Below, in pieces: positions 19,717-29,760 of a DNA stretch of 64,000 bases. Every line of letters starts with the position of its first letter. Positions within the stretch are counted from its first letter, which is position 1. The stretch covers positions 28,629 through 92,628 of the forward strand of contig BQIV01000007.1 of the NCBI GenBank assembly GCA_021604005.1, written 5' to 3'. This DNA is from Nitrospirales bacterium. GTDB taxonomy: Bacteria; Nitrospirota; Nitrospiria; Nitrospirales; UBA8639. The position numbers and the translations under genes are program-made. Under the pieces are notes generated by a model. That model saw only the letters and a program-made list of their open reading frames with translations, was not told the origin of the DNA and made no database searches.

Positions 19717-20694
19717 TTATTTATTGCGAAACGTATGGTTTTCGACGCTCGCACGCTTGAAGAGCCGCTTGATTTGGTCAATGCCCGGAATAGCTCGGTG
19801 TAATGGTCCTGATGGTGCGATTTTTTTATGACGGAATGATTGAATGGCAATGGGAATCATGCCAATCAACCGTCGAACGTTTCGAAATCCAAATGTCCGA
19901 ACGGCCAGCATGGGCTCATCCAGTATCCCTTTGTTCTTGATAATGTCTGTGAAGACTTCGGCATGACGTGAGCCGGTTGTGGACGGGAGTTGCTCGTCAA
20001 TCCCCTTGGCTCGCAACGACATGATGCGATCCATGGGGCCAACGCCTTTGGGACAGACTTGGATGCATTCCATGCATCGCGTGCAATCCCACATGCCCCC
20101 AGGTTCGTTGAGTGCGGTGAGTCGACGAGTGGTGGCATCGTCGCGTGGATCTGCCACAAACCGATAGGCCTTGGCCAGTGCTGCCGGGCCGACAAATTTA
20201 GAATCAACTTCCAAGACTGTACAGTCAGAGACGCAGACGCCACACATGATGCAGGTCATGACTCCGGAAAGATGGTTCATGGCTTCGGCTGGTGCCACGT
20301 GTTCAGCTTCCGGGATAGGCGTCGACGGTTGAAGCCAGGGCTGGATCTGACGAATTTTCTCCCAAAATGGCGACATATCCGTGATGAGATCTTTGATGAC
20401 GGGCATATTGTTCATGGGTTCAACGTGAATAGTCTGGCTATCTTTCGTTGCTGAAATAATCTTGGTTTTACACGCTAACGCGGCATGACCATTGATGCGC
20501 ATGCCGCAAGAGCCGCAAATGGCTCCGCGACAGGAACACCGAAGCGCCAGGGAGTCGTCGAGTGTCTCGCGCACTTTTATCAATCCGTCGAGGACGCTAT
20601 CGGACGCCTCAAGCTCAAGATTGTACTCTTGAAAAAATGGAGCTGGAGTCTTTTGCTCTGGATTAAACCGGCGTATACGAAGCGTGGTGTTCAT
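19717..20694 (-). CDS. sdhB: Succinate dehydrogenase/fumarate reductase iron-sulfur subunit, with a C-terminal extension of about 65 aa
   Basis: 2Fe-2S motif CSCRGAICGSCGMRING, 4Fe-4S motif CIMCGVCVSDC and 3Fe-4S motif CTRCMECIQVCP. Confidence 0.9.
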   Translation of the reverse strand: MNTTLRIRRFNPEQKTPAPFFQEYNLELEASDSVLDGLIKVRETLDDSLALRCSCRGAICGSCGMRINGHAALACKTKIISATKDSQTIHVEPMNNMPVIKDLITDMSPFWEKIRQIQPWLQPSTPIPEAEHVAPAEAMNHLSGVMTCIMCGVCVSDCTVLEVDSKFVGPAALAKAYRFVADPRDDATTRRLTALNEPGGMWDCTRCMECIQVCPKGVGPMDRIMSLRAKGIDEQLPSTTGSRHAEVFTDIIKNKGILDEPMLAVRTFGFRNVRRLIGMIPIAIQSFRHKKIAPSGPLHRAIPGIDQIKRLFKRASVENHTFRNK

Positions 20695-20767
20695 AGATCG
20701 TTCAAGCCTGTATATGTTCAGAATAGCAGCATAAGGTGTGGAGATACATCATGATTGTTTCTGCTCT

Positions 20768-22483
20768 CTAGTAGACTCGAGGTTGTGGTTGCCATTGCGT
20801 GATGCGCACTGGAAGATAGTCGACGTCTGGAGCACCGTTCGTTGAATGGTACAGCAAAATATGCTTGAGCCAGTTGTCGTCGTTCCGATCCAAGTAGTCG
20901 GTTCGAAAGTGGGCTCCACGGCTCTCTTTGCGGGTGAGCGCGCCCATGATGATGGTTTCCGCACAATCCAGCATGAATCCCAATTCAAGTGTATTGACGA
21001 GTCCGGTATTAAACACATGACCTTTATCCGTGATGCCGACAGTGTTCCATCGATGCTTAAGGGTATGTATGACCTGTTGGGCATTGGTCATACCTTCTTG
21101 TTCTCGAAAGACCGAAAGGTGCCGGTTCATGATTTGTCCCATCTCTAGGCGAATCTTGGCAATCGTGTCTTCATGCGACGGTCTTCTGAGTATCGACGTG
21201 ACAAGATCATGATCAATGTCGACCAGGGCCTCTGATACGTTGATTGCGTTCACTGTTTTTACATAGTCAGCCGCGCACTTTCCAGCTCGTCGACCGAATA
21301 CCACAGTATCAAGTAAGGAATTAGCTCCAAGACGATTCCCTCCATGTAAACTCACGCATGCGGTTTCGCCGGCGGCGAATAGTCCAGGTACGCCCTTCCA
21401 GTGCAGTTGGATATCCCAGCATCGTCCGTCGACATCCGTTTTGATGCCACCCATTTGATAGTGCATGCCTGGACGTATGGGAATGGGTTCTTCGGCAAGA
21501 TCGATATTGGCAAAAGTTTTGGCTTCTTCATTAATTTGACGCAGCCGGTCATTGATGAAGGCCTTGCCCAGGTGCCGGCAATCCAAAAACACGCATCCGT
21601 TGACACCGCGACCCTCATTGATCTCCAATTGTTCCGCACGCGACACGACATCGCGAGAAGCGAGCTCCATCATGTTCGGTGCGTATCGTTCCATAAACCG
21701 TTCGCCATCGCTGTTCAGAAGATACGCGCCTTCTCCGCGTGCCGCCTCACTGATGAGCAGGCCTTTGCCTTTGAGCGTGGTTGGGTGGTACTGGACCATT
21801 TCCATATCCATCAATGGTGCTCCTGCCCGGTAGGCGAGGGCCATGCCATCACCGGTGCAGATCAACGCATTGGTGCTGGGCTCGTACACACGTCCCAATC
21901 CGCCCGCGGCGAGGATGACGGCTTTGGCCTTGAATAAGGCAAACCTGCCTGTCCGTATTTCAAAGGCCACGACGCCGGCGCATTTTCCGTCATCATCCTT
22001 AATAATCGATGTCACAAACCATTCTTCGTAAATAGGGATGTTTGCTTGGAGTATTTGTTCGAACAGGACGTGCAGCATGGCTTGGCCGGTAAAATCAGAG
22101 ACAAAGAAGGTGCGTGCCCGTTTTTGTCCGCCAAAGCGCCTGGTGCCCAGGCGGCCTTCGTCGTTTCTATTGAAAATGACGCCCATGTGTTCGAGGGCAA
22201 TGATATCGTTTCCGGCTTCTTGCGCCAGGATCTCGACGGCATCTTGATCTCCAAGGTAGTCGCTCCCTTTCACCGTTTCGAATGCATGGTCTTCCCATTT
22301 ATCCCCTCGATCGGTGAGGGCGGCGTTGATGCCGCCTTGTGCGGCATTGGAATGACTCCGAACGGGGTGGACTTTCGTGAGAACGGCTACGGTTGCGCCG
22401 TGTTCATGCGCGGCAATGGCGGAACGCATGCCAGCTAGGCCAGCTCCAATCACTAGCACGTCGTAGGTATGAACCGTGGTCAT
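20768..22483 (-). CDS. sdhA: Succinate dehydrogenase/fumarate reductase flavoprotein subunit
   Basis: YDVLVIGAGLAGMRSA (FAD fold), SHSNAAQGGINAA (covalent-FAD His region), HPT..., RGEG and ESRGAHFR. Confidence 0.95.
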   Translation of the reverse strand: MTTVHTYDVLVIGAGLAGMRSAIAAHEHGATVAVLTKVHPVRSHSNAAQGGINAALTDRGDKWEDHAFETVKGSDYLGDQDAVEILAQEAGNDIIALEHMGVIFNRNDEGRLGTRRFGGQKRARTFFVSDFTGQAMLHVLFEQILQANIPIYEEWFVTSIIKDDDGKCAGVVAFEIRTGRFALFKAKAVILAAGGLGRVYEPSTNALICTGDGMALAYRAGAPLMDMEMVQYHPTTLKGKGLLISEAARGEGAYLLNSDGERFMERYAPNMMELASRDVVSRAEQLEINEGRGVNGCVFLDCRHLGKAFINDRLRQINEEAKTFANIDLAEEPIPIRPGMHYQMGGIKTDVDGRCWDIQLHWKGVPGLFAAGETACVSLHGGNRLGANSLLDTVVFGRRAGKCAADYVKTVNAINVSEALVDIDHDLVTSILRRPSHEDTIAKIRLEMGQIMNRHLSVFREQEGMTNAQQVIHTLKHRWNTVGITDKGHVFNTGLVNTLELGFMLDCAETIIMGALTRKESRGAHFRTDYLDRNDDNWLKHILLYHSTNGAPDVDYLPVRITQWQPQPRVY

Positions 22484-22543
22484 GAACAGGTAACAATACG
22501 AGATGTTAGTGAAAAAAAGTCCTGATATATGGGAGCAACAGGG

Positions 22544-23758
22544 TTAGGTGACGGAAGACGAATGCCCACGGGATTCGATAGGTTCATACGGACGATTATG
22601 TGGTCCTTCATAGATTTGATCGGGGCGAAACAGGTGGTTCTGTTGATATTGTTCAAAGCAGTGGGCGAGCCATCCGGCAACTCGAGCCATCGCAAATACG
22701 GGGGTGAACATATCTGTTGCAATACCCATCTGATAGTAGATGATCCCGGAATAAAAGTCTACATTGGGACGAATTCCTTTATGCCCAAGGCGTTGTTCCA
22801 TTTCACGCTCAACCACGTGTGCAATCGTGAGTAACGAATCGTGTTTTTCGTCTTTGATCATGCGCTGAGCAAGTTCTTGCAGAATGAGTGCACGAGGGTC
22901 TTTTACCTTGTAGACGCGATGTCCGAAACCCATAATTTTTTCTTTGGCGGCCATTTTTTGATCAAGATAGACTGAGACCTGTTCAACTGAACCAATGTCT
23001 TCGAGCATATGAATGACGGCTTCGTTAGCTCCCCCATGGAGCGGTCCCTTGAGTGTGCCAATGGCCGAGGAAATGACTGTGTAGGGGTCGGCGAGCGTGG
23101 ACGCCGTGACCAAGCCACTAAAGGTTGAGGCGTTCATGGTGTGTTCGGCATGCAGAATCAGGCTGGTGTCGAACATTGTCGCAACTGCAGAGTCGGGTTG
23201 TTGTTCAAAGAGCATATAGAAGAAGTTTTCGGCATAGGAGAGATTATCGTTCGGTTGAATGTGATCATCACCATGACGTAGCCGGGCAAAGGCGGCAACC
23301 ATGGTTGGCAGTTTGGCTAATAGCCGGATAGCCGACCAGTATCGGGCTTCCGGATCACGGACATCGGGAGTGGGATAAAACATGCCCAATGCCGCAACCG
23401 CCGCTTGCAAGGCATCCATTGGATGTCCATGCTCAGGCAGACATTTGATGAGATCAATAATGCGGTACTTGATCCGTCGGTGCCTCCGGAGATCATTTTC
23501 AAATTGTTGTAGTGCGGATGATGTAGGAAGTTCATTGAACAAGAGCAGATAGGCCGTTTCCAGAAAGGTGCCATGTGCCGCTAGCTCTTCGATTCGAATG
23601 CCGCGATATTCCAGGATGCCCTGCTGGCCGTCCACTGAACTGATGTGTGATTTTGTCGCGGCAACTCCGGCCAATCCTGGGAAAAAATCTCGCATGATCG
23701 TTTGGTCCTCACTCGGAGAATAGACAATAGTCCCGGGGTCTAATGTGCATGGTTTCAC
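22544..23758 (-). CDS. gltA: Citrate synthase
   Basis: GLAGVAATKS.IS.VDG..G.L.YRG, LILHAEH..NASTF, GPLHGGANE and GFGHRVYK..DPRA. The start may be the internal Met at 23695. Confidence 0.85.
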   Translation of the reverse strand: MKPCTLDPGTIVYSPSEDQTIMRDFFPGLAGVAATKSHISSVDGQQGILEYRGIRIEELAAHGTFLETAYLLLFNELPTSSALQQFENDLRRHRRIKYRIIDLIKCLPEHGHPMDALQAAVAALGMFYPTPDVRDPEARYWSAIRLLAKLPTMVAAFARLRHGDDHIQPNDNLSYAENFFYMLFEQQPDSAVATMFDTSLILHAEHTMNASTFSGLVTASTLADPYTVISSAIGTLKGPLHGGANEAVIHMLEDIGSVEQVSVYLDQKMAAKEKIMGFGHRVYKVKDPRALILQELAQRMIKDEKHDSLLTIAHVVEREMEQRLGHKGIRPNVDFYSGIIYYQMGIATDMFTPVFAMARVAGWLAHCFEQYQQNHLFRPDQIYEGPHNRPYEPIESRGHSSSVT

Positions 23759-23990
23759 TGGTGATGTAATGGAGCGGCAAAATATTTTGTAGAGACTTTC
23801 TCCACTGCCCGTTAGTTAATTATACCGTGTATTTTTAATTCTGCCCACTGTTGGCTGGAGATTTTTTGCCTGACGGAAGGCTACTGTGAGCATGAATGCT
23901 ACGCGTCTTCTTTACGTGGCCTAGAATTGACGGCAATTTCGCGCTTGACGATCAGACACGTGAATACGAACAGTGCGACGAAAGAATTAT

Positions 23991-24425
23991 TTACGAGAGG
24001 ATATATTTTTCTAAATCCCGAATCAGTTCTTCTTTTTCATCGATCAACAATGCCACGATGTCACGGAGAGAAACAATTCCGACGAATTCTTCATTGGTGT
24101 AGACCAAGAGGTGTCGACAGCGATGCTCCTTCATCAAGTCCAGGCAGTCGCCTGGAGTATCCTTAGGACTGACTCTGATGAGTGTCGTGGTCATCATGTC
24201 CTTGATCTTTTGTTTGTCCGGGTCTTTCTTCTTTCCCACAACTTTCATCATGAGGTCCCGCTCTGTGAAGATACCGGTAATCCCCGAAGAACTCGTGACG
24301 ACCACGGATCCAATAAATTCCTCAGTCATTAAGATCGCCGCATCTAACGTGGAACAGTGTTCGTCAATGGTCGCGACCTTCCGGACAATTTTCGTAGTAA
24401 TATCCCTTGCCATAGTGTCCTCCAT
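23991..24425 (-). CDS. CBS-domain pair protein
   Basis: Two CBS repeats (..GSVVVTSSSGITGIFTERDL.. and ..HLLVYTNEEFVGIVSLRDI..). Confidence 0.8.
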   Translation of the reverse strand: MEDTMARDITTKIVRKVATIDEHCSTLDAAILMTEEFIGSVVVTSSSGITGIFTERDLMMKVVGKKKDPDKQKIKDMMTTTLIRVSPKDTPGDCLDLMKEHRCRHLLVYTNEEFVGIVSLRDIVALLIDEKEELIRDLEKYILS

Positions 24426-24596
24426 CCTGAATGTTGTGGCGCTGTTTGTCTCCTTGCCGTCATCAGTTGTTCGTTGATACCCACAGTTTCATGAGGGCGC
24501 TGGATCATGCACACGACCCGTTTTATGTTGTCGCATGCTACGGATTTGATAGGTACGGAAATAGTTGCCACCCACTTGTATCTCCATGTGTGAATC

Positions 24597-25409
24597 TCAC
24601 AGGTCTTGAAAGTGTGGTTGACGTTTTTCGAGAAAGGCGGCAAGCCCTTCCGTCTTATCTGCTGATTCGCACAACGCTCCAAATAAGTTTGCTTCTAACG
24701 TGAGTCCCTCACGAAGTCCGATCTCTGTGCCTTGCCGAATTGCTTGGAGCGCTGCCTGTACCGCCAATTGACCTTTTGAGGCTATACGACGTGCGAGTCC
24801 GATCGCTTGACGCATCAGATCTCCGGACGGCATGACTTGGGATACCAGCCCTAGAGTCCTCGCTTCCTCTGCTGAAATGGACTCACCGGTAAGGACCAAC
24901 TCTGTGGCTTTTGATGACCCGATCAGGCGAGGAAGACGCTGCGTCCCACCGAATCCCGGAATGATACCCAGATTGATCTCCGGTTGTCCGAGTCGTGCCT
25001 CATTCGCTGCAAGCCGAATATGACAACACATCGCTAACTCCAAGCCCCCGCCGAAGCAGGCCCCGTTGATCGCGGCGATGACCGGCTTCGTAGAGCGTTC
25101 GATCTTATTGAAAATCGCCTGGCCGTCTAGGGCCATTTTCTGGCCCTCCTGCGAAGAAGCAATTCCAGCCAACACCCGGATATCCGCGCCGGCGATGAAG
25201 AATCGTCCGGCACCTGTGAGGACCAGAGCCTTGACCCTCTCGTTTTCCGCCAGGTCGTCCATGGTCGATTCAAGCTCTCTCAGCAAGTCGGGGGTGAGGG
25301 CGTTGGCAGGAGGATGATTGATCGTTAAGATCGCGACAAAGTCCTCAACTTTCTGTGTGATCAATGTGTGGGCTATCGTCGTCATGCTCAATGTCCCTCC
25401 TTTTCGCAA
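24597..25409 (-). CDS. Enoyl-CoA hydratase (crotonase family)
   Basis: NHPPANAL, KALVLTGAG.FFIAGADI, INGACFGGGLELAM.C and GQPEINLGIIPGFGGTQRL. Confidence 0.9.
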   Translation of the reverse strand: MRKGGTLSMTTIAHTLITQKVEDFVAILTINHPPANALTPDLLRELESTMDDLAENERVKALVLTGAGRFFIAGADIRVLAGIASSQEGQKMALDGQAIFNKIERSTKPVIAAINGACFGGGLELAMCCHIRLAANEARLGQPEINLGIIPGFGGTQRLPRLIGSSKATELVLTGESISAEEARTLGLVSQVMPSGDLMRQAIGLARRIASKGQLAVQAALQAIRQGTEIGLREGLTLEANLFGALCESADKTEGLAAFLEKRQPHFQDL

Positions 25410-25441
25410 CAGCGAATCCCTGCTGGTATGTGACCATTCGA

Positions 25442-26653
25442 TCAGTAGGTGAAAAAGCCATGTCCGGTCTTTCGACCTGTCAATCCGGCATCCACCATTC
25501 GGCGCAGCAGAGGGGCTGGCCAGAATCGTATGCCGAGGTTACTCTTCATCTCTTCCAATTCTCTCAACACCTGGTCGATGCCTATGTCGTCGGCATAATG
25601 CAACGGACCTTCCTTTTCTGTCGGGAATCCAATGCCTGCCACCATGGCGAGGTCGATATCTCGTGCCGAAGCCACGGTCTCCTGGAGAACCGTCGCAGCC
25701 TCATTGATCATTGCCAGGAGGGGTCTGGCTATGGTCCATTTCGTCCCGTGCTGCTGTGTCTCATTTACACCTTCTTGAATCAATTGTTCCAGCTCACCAT
25801 TGGTTGTTCCTCCATACTCGTAAAATCCCCGACCGGCCTTCACTCCACACCGTCCGTTCTGTACCAGCTTTTCCAGCAACATCGCCGGCACCATGCGCGG
25901 TCCGTAGCTCTGGTGAAGAATACGAGCGACCTCTAAAGAAATATCGAGTCCGATGGTATCTAAAAGGGTGAAGGGGCCCATGGGCATGCCAAAGGCGACC
26001 ATATCCTGGTCGATGTGTTCATGAGAGGCGGCATGTTCTTGCAGGCAGAATACCGTTTCATTCAGATAGACCATCAGCAAGCGGTTCACCAAGAACCCCG
26101 CACATTCCTTGACCACAATCGGGACTTTTCGGATACTCTCCGCAAATCCCACCATATCATCGACCGTCTGGGGATCGGTGACAAGACCGGGAATGATTTC
26201 CACGAGCGGCATCGCATAAGCCGGGTTGAAGAAGTGGAACCCAATCATCTTGTGCGCGCGGTTTGAGCTCGCTCCCAATGCTGAGATTGAAAGTGCCGAC
26301 GTATTGCTGGCGAAGATAGTTCCCGATGAGCATTGTGTCTGTAGTTCTCGAAATACCTGTTGTTTGAGTTCAAGATTTTCTGGAACGGCTTCTATAACAA
26401 GATCGACATCGCGAAGCTGGTCTAGACGTGGCGCTCCGGTGATGAGGAGCATTTTTTCTTCAAGCTGTTCGGACGTCATTTTTCCCTTGTCGACCCTCAC
26501 TTGATAGATTTTTCTCACCGTGTCGACTCCCTGTTGCACGGCTACCTCGTTCACATCGGTTAGGACCACTGGTACTCCTGCGAAACTGATCACCTGCGCG
26601 ATCTGTGCACCCATGGTCCCGGCTCCGACGACTCCAACTTTGTAAATGTACAT
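25442..26653 (-). CDS. 3-hydroxyacyl-CoA dehydrogenase
   Basis: KVGVVGAGTMGAQIA (Rossmann fold), SNTSALSI, FFNPA..MPLVE and PGF.VNR. Confidence 0.9.
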   Translation of the reverse strand: MYIYKVGVVGAGTMGAQIAQVISFAGVPVVLTDVNEVAVQQGVDTVRKIYQVRVDKGKMTSEQLEEKMLLITGAPRLDQLRDVDLVIEAVPENLELKQQVFRELQTQCSSGTIFASNTSALSISALGASSNRAHKMIGFHFFNPAYAMPLVEIIPGLVTDPQTVDDMVGFAESIRKVPIVVKECAGFLVNRLLMVYLNETVFCLQEHAASHEHIDQDMVAFGMPMGPFTLLDTIGLDISLEVARILHQSYGPRMVPAMLLEKLVQNGRCGVKAGRGFYEYGGTTNGELEQLIQEGVNETQQHGTKWTIARPLLAMINEAATVLQETVASARDIDLAMVAGIGFPTEKEGPLHYADDIGIDQVLRELEEMKSNLGIRFWPAPLLRRMVDAGLTGRKTGHGFFTY

Positions 26654-26671
26654 GAGAGTTCCTTCTCGGTT

Positions 26672-27862
26672 TTATACGCGTTCTAGAATCATTGCCGCTC
26701 CTTGGCCGCCACCCACGCAGAGCGTCACAGCTCCATGTGTGGCGTCTCGGCGTTGCATTTCGTAGAGGAGGGTAATCACAAGACGTGTTCCCGTCATGCC
26801 TACGGGATGACCGAGTGCAATCGCGCCTCCGTTCACGTTCACCATCTCTCTGTTCAGGTTGAGCGCTCGCTCGACGGCGAGGTATTGAGCGGCAAATGCC
26901 TCATTGACTTCGATGAGGTCGAGATCGGTAAGGCTCAACCTTGCTCGCTTGAGTGCCAAGGGGAGGGCGTCCACGGGGCCGATACCCATGCGTGTAGGGT
27001 CGACGCCGACAAACGCATATCCTCGAATTTTACCGAGTGGATGGAGTCCAAGTGCTTGTGCCCGCTCCCCCGACATGACGAGTGCGGCTGCGGCACCATC
27101 ATTCAGCGGACAACTATTCCCTGCGGTCACGGTTCCGTGTTCCTTGAACATGGGTGGATAGAGAGCCAATTGTTGCTGAGTCAACGCCACATTGGGGCCT
27201 TCGTCCTGTGTTAAGACCGTCGGAGCCACGTCGCGTCCCGCGACTGTTTTGGGAATCGTCATCGTCACCGTTTCATCCTTGAATTTCCCTTCTCTCAGCG
27301 CGCGAAACGCGCGCTGGTGGCTGTGTACGGCAAAGTAGTCCTGCTCTTCCCGACTAATGCCGTATTCCTCGGCGAGAGTCTCGGCCGTCTGCCCCATGAG
27401 CTGGCCGCAAAAGGGATCGGTCAATCCCTCCCAGATACTGTCGGTAAACTCTGCATGTCTCAGTCGTTTGCCCCAGCGCATATCCCGACTCAAAAATGGC
27501 GCGCGGCTCATGCTTTCGACCCCACCGATTATCTGAACGTCCGCGTCTTGACTCTGGATGTTTTGAAACGCGTTGACGAAGGGTTGTAAGCCGGATGCAC
27601 AGTTACGCTGAACTGAGTACGCAGGAGTGTGGAGGTGAAGTCCCGCTATGAGTGCAATCACTCGTGCGATATTGTAGGCATCACTCGGTTGTCCGACACA
27701 CCCTATAATCACTTCGTCGACAAACGATGGATCAACTTGGGCACGAGCCATGGATTCACGCACCACGAGCTCTCCAAGCGTTTGCGCCGGAATATCTTTT
27801 AATGTTCCACCAAAGTTTCCGATCGGCGTACGTACGCCGGTGACGATGACTACATCTTTCAT
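26672..27862 (-). CDS. Acetyl-CoA C-acyltransferase (thiolase)
   Basis: [10 protein letters not shown] (active-site Cys), [21 protein letters not shown] and LCVGGGQG. Confidence 0.92.
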   Translation of the reverse strand: MKDVVIVTGVRTPIGNFGGTLKDIPAQTLGELVVRESMARAQVDPSFVDEVIIGCVGQPSDAYNIARVIALIAGLHLHTPAYSVQRNCASGLQPFVNAFQNIQSQDADVQIIGGVESMSRAPFLSRDMRWGKRLRHAEFTDSIWEGLTDPFCGQLMGQTAETLAEEYGISREEQDYFAVHSHQRAFRALREGKFKDETVTMTIPKTVAGRDVAPTVLTQDEGPNVALTQQQLALYPPMFKEHGTVTAGNSCPLNDGAAAALVMSGERAQALGLHPLGKIRGYAFVGVDPTRMGIGPVDALPLALKRARLSLTDLDLIEVNEAFAAQYLAVERALNLNREMVNVNGGAIALGHPVGMTGTRLVITLLYEMQRRDATHGAVTLCVGGGQGAAMILERV

Positions 27863-27884
27863 GGGACGGGTTTCCTTTCGGTCA

Positions 27885-29609
27885 TCACCCTGCTTTCCGA
27901 GGTTCTCCTACCGGCTTTATTAGTGCGAATGTTGTCATGTGTTTCTTGCGCATCGTACGGCGGAAGGCTTTGCCTGCAATGTGTCGTGGGAGTTGCGTTT
28001 GGAATTCAATAATCGAGGGGGTTTTATAGGATGCTAAGAACTCCCGGCAATGCTTGATCAATGCATGGGCTTTGATATGCTGACCTTCCTTGAGGACCAC
28101 GTAGGCCTTGATGGCTTCTCCAAGTTTACGGTGTGGAATCCCTACGACCAGCGTATCTTTCACGGCTTGATGGTGAAGAAGTATGTTTTCCACTTCATGC
28201 GGATAGACATTTTCTCCTCGACTCTTGATCATGTCTTTTTTTCGATTCGTGAGAAAGAAAAATCCGTGTTGATCTGTTCTTGCAATGTCACCGGTGTAGA
28301 GCCATCCATTCCGCAGTGCAGCTTGCGTTTCGCGTGTGTTGCGCCAATACCCTTGCATGACTTGAGGGCCACGGACAATCAGCTCGCCCGCACGTCCGAC
28401 GGGGAGATCGCGTTCACCGGTTTTGAGATCGACGATGCGGCACTCGGTATCGGGAATGGGGACTCCAATGGATCCAGGTGGATTGTGGCCGTAAATCAGA
28501 TTGCAATGAGTCACGGGACTGGCTTCTGTGAGGCCATATCCTTCTGCGATCCTTACGCCTGTCAGTTCCTCGAAACGGCATTGGATGTCTTCATGTAATG
28601 GGCTTGCCCCGCTGAGGCAAACACGAAGGGACCGAAGATTGAATCGTCCAACATTGTGGAATTCATGTATGAGCATGAACATAGATGGGATACCGGAAAA
28701 AATCGTCACACTGTACCGTTGAATCGCCTGCACGACATCTGCGACCTGAAACCGCGGCAAGAGGACTTGCGACCCCCCCGTCATGATCGCAAGGTGTTGA
28801 GTTGTGCTGAGTCCGTACGCGTGAAAAAATGGGACAACGCCCAGAAAGACTTCCTTGCCTTCCTGGAAGTCCGGTACCCACGCACGGCATTGAAGTGTGT
28901 TCGCCACCACGTTTCTATGAGAAAGCATGGCACCTTTAAGAACTCCATTCGTTCCACCTGTGTATTGCAGTAAGGCAATATCGTCTGACTTGACGGAAGG
29001 TAAAATCGTGTCCTTATCCTCTGGAACTGCTCGAACAATATTGAGGAAATTGAGAAAGCTGTAGACCGCAGGAAGTCTTTCGACGTGAGGCCTCGGAGGG
29101 GTATCCCATAGGCTTTTGACTGTATAGAGGAATCGCTGCAGGGGTGGGAGAAAGTCTTGGATGCCGGTCAGGATGACTCTTCGTAGCGGTGTCTGCGGGA
29201 ATACAGGACGGATGCGTGAGTACAAGAGATTCAACGTCACTATCGTCTCGCTGTCTGAATCGACGAGTTGGGAGACAATCTCTGGAGCAACATATTGTGG
29301 GTGCATGTGAACGACCAGCGCGCCCGCTTTGAGCGTCCCATAATAGGCTATGATAGCCTGAGGTATATTGGGAAGCATGAGTGCCACCCGATCGCCGGGT
29401 TGTACCCCATGGACTTGTAGTGCAAGTGCGAATTTTGTGGAAAGCTCCTCGAGCTCAGAATAAGAAATGCGTCGGTTATGGAATATCAAGGCGGAATGCG
29501 ATGGGTACTTCTCTGCTGAGCGACGTAAAAGATCGAAGGCAGTCCAGTCAGGATAGTCAAGTGTGTGGGGAACGCCTGCGTCATATCGGTTAATCCAGAT
29601 AGGTTGCAT
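27885..29609 (-). CDS. Long-chain acyl-CoA synthetase (AMP-forming)
   Basis: [20 protein letters not shown] (AMP-binding P-loop), GYGLTE, YTGD and [13 protein letters not shown]. Confidence 0.9.
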   Translation of the reverse strand: MQPIWINRYDAGVPHTLDYPDWTAFDLLRRSAEKYPSHSALIFHNRRISYSELEELSTKFALALQVHGVQPGDRVALMLPNIPQAIIAYYGTLKAGALVVHMHPQYVAPEIVSQLVDSDSETIVTLNLLYSRIRPVFPQTPLRRVILTGIQDFLPPLQRFLYTVKSLWDTPPRPHVERLPAVYSFLNFLNIVRAVPEDKDTILPSVKSDDIALLQYTGGTNGVLKGAMLSHRNVVANTLQCRAWVPDFQEGKEVFLGVVPFFHAYGLSTTQHLAIMTGGSQVLLPRFQVADVVQAIQRYSVTIFSGIPSMFMLIHEFHNVGRFNLRSLRVCLSGASPLHEDIQCRFEELTGVRIAEGYGLTEASPVTHCNLIYGHNPPGSIGVPIPDTECRIVDLKTGERDLPVGRAGELIVRGPQVMQGYWRNTRETQAALRNGWLYTGDIARTDQHGFFFLTNRKKDMIKSRGENVYPHEVENILLHHQAVKDTLVVGIPHRKLGEAIKAYVVLKEGQHIKAHALIKHCREFLASYKTPSIIEFQTQLPRHIAGKAFRRTMRKKHMTTFALIKPVGEPRKAG

Positions 29610-29688
29610 CGAACGCCTCGCTTGGATCTCCGACTATCTTGCTCTTGCTGTGTAATTCTCCGTTTCAGTGTTTATGATAATTAAATAC

Positions 29689-29725
29689 ATTTATTATATG
29701 ATAGTGATATAGTATTATTTATTCA
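29689..29725. promoter_or_regulatory. AT-rich motif block in a divergent promoter region (ATTTATTATAT..GATAG, ATTATTTATT)
   Basis: atttattatatgatag (29689-29704) and attatttatt (29715-29724). Both recur in the 55.9-56.1 kb divergent region. Confidence 0.3.
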
Positions 29726-29760
29726 AGATGAAATATGTATAGCGTCAAGATTAAGGAGGG

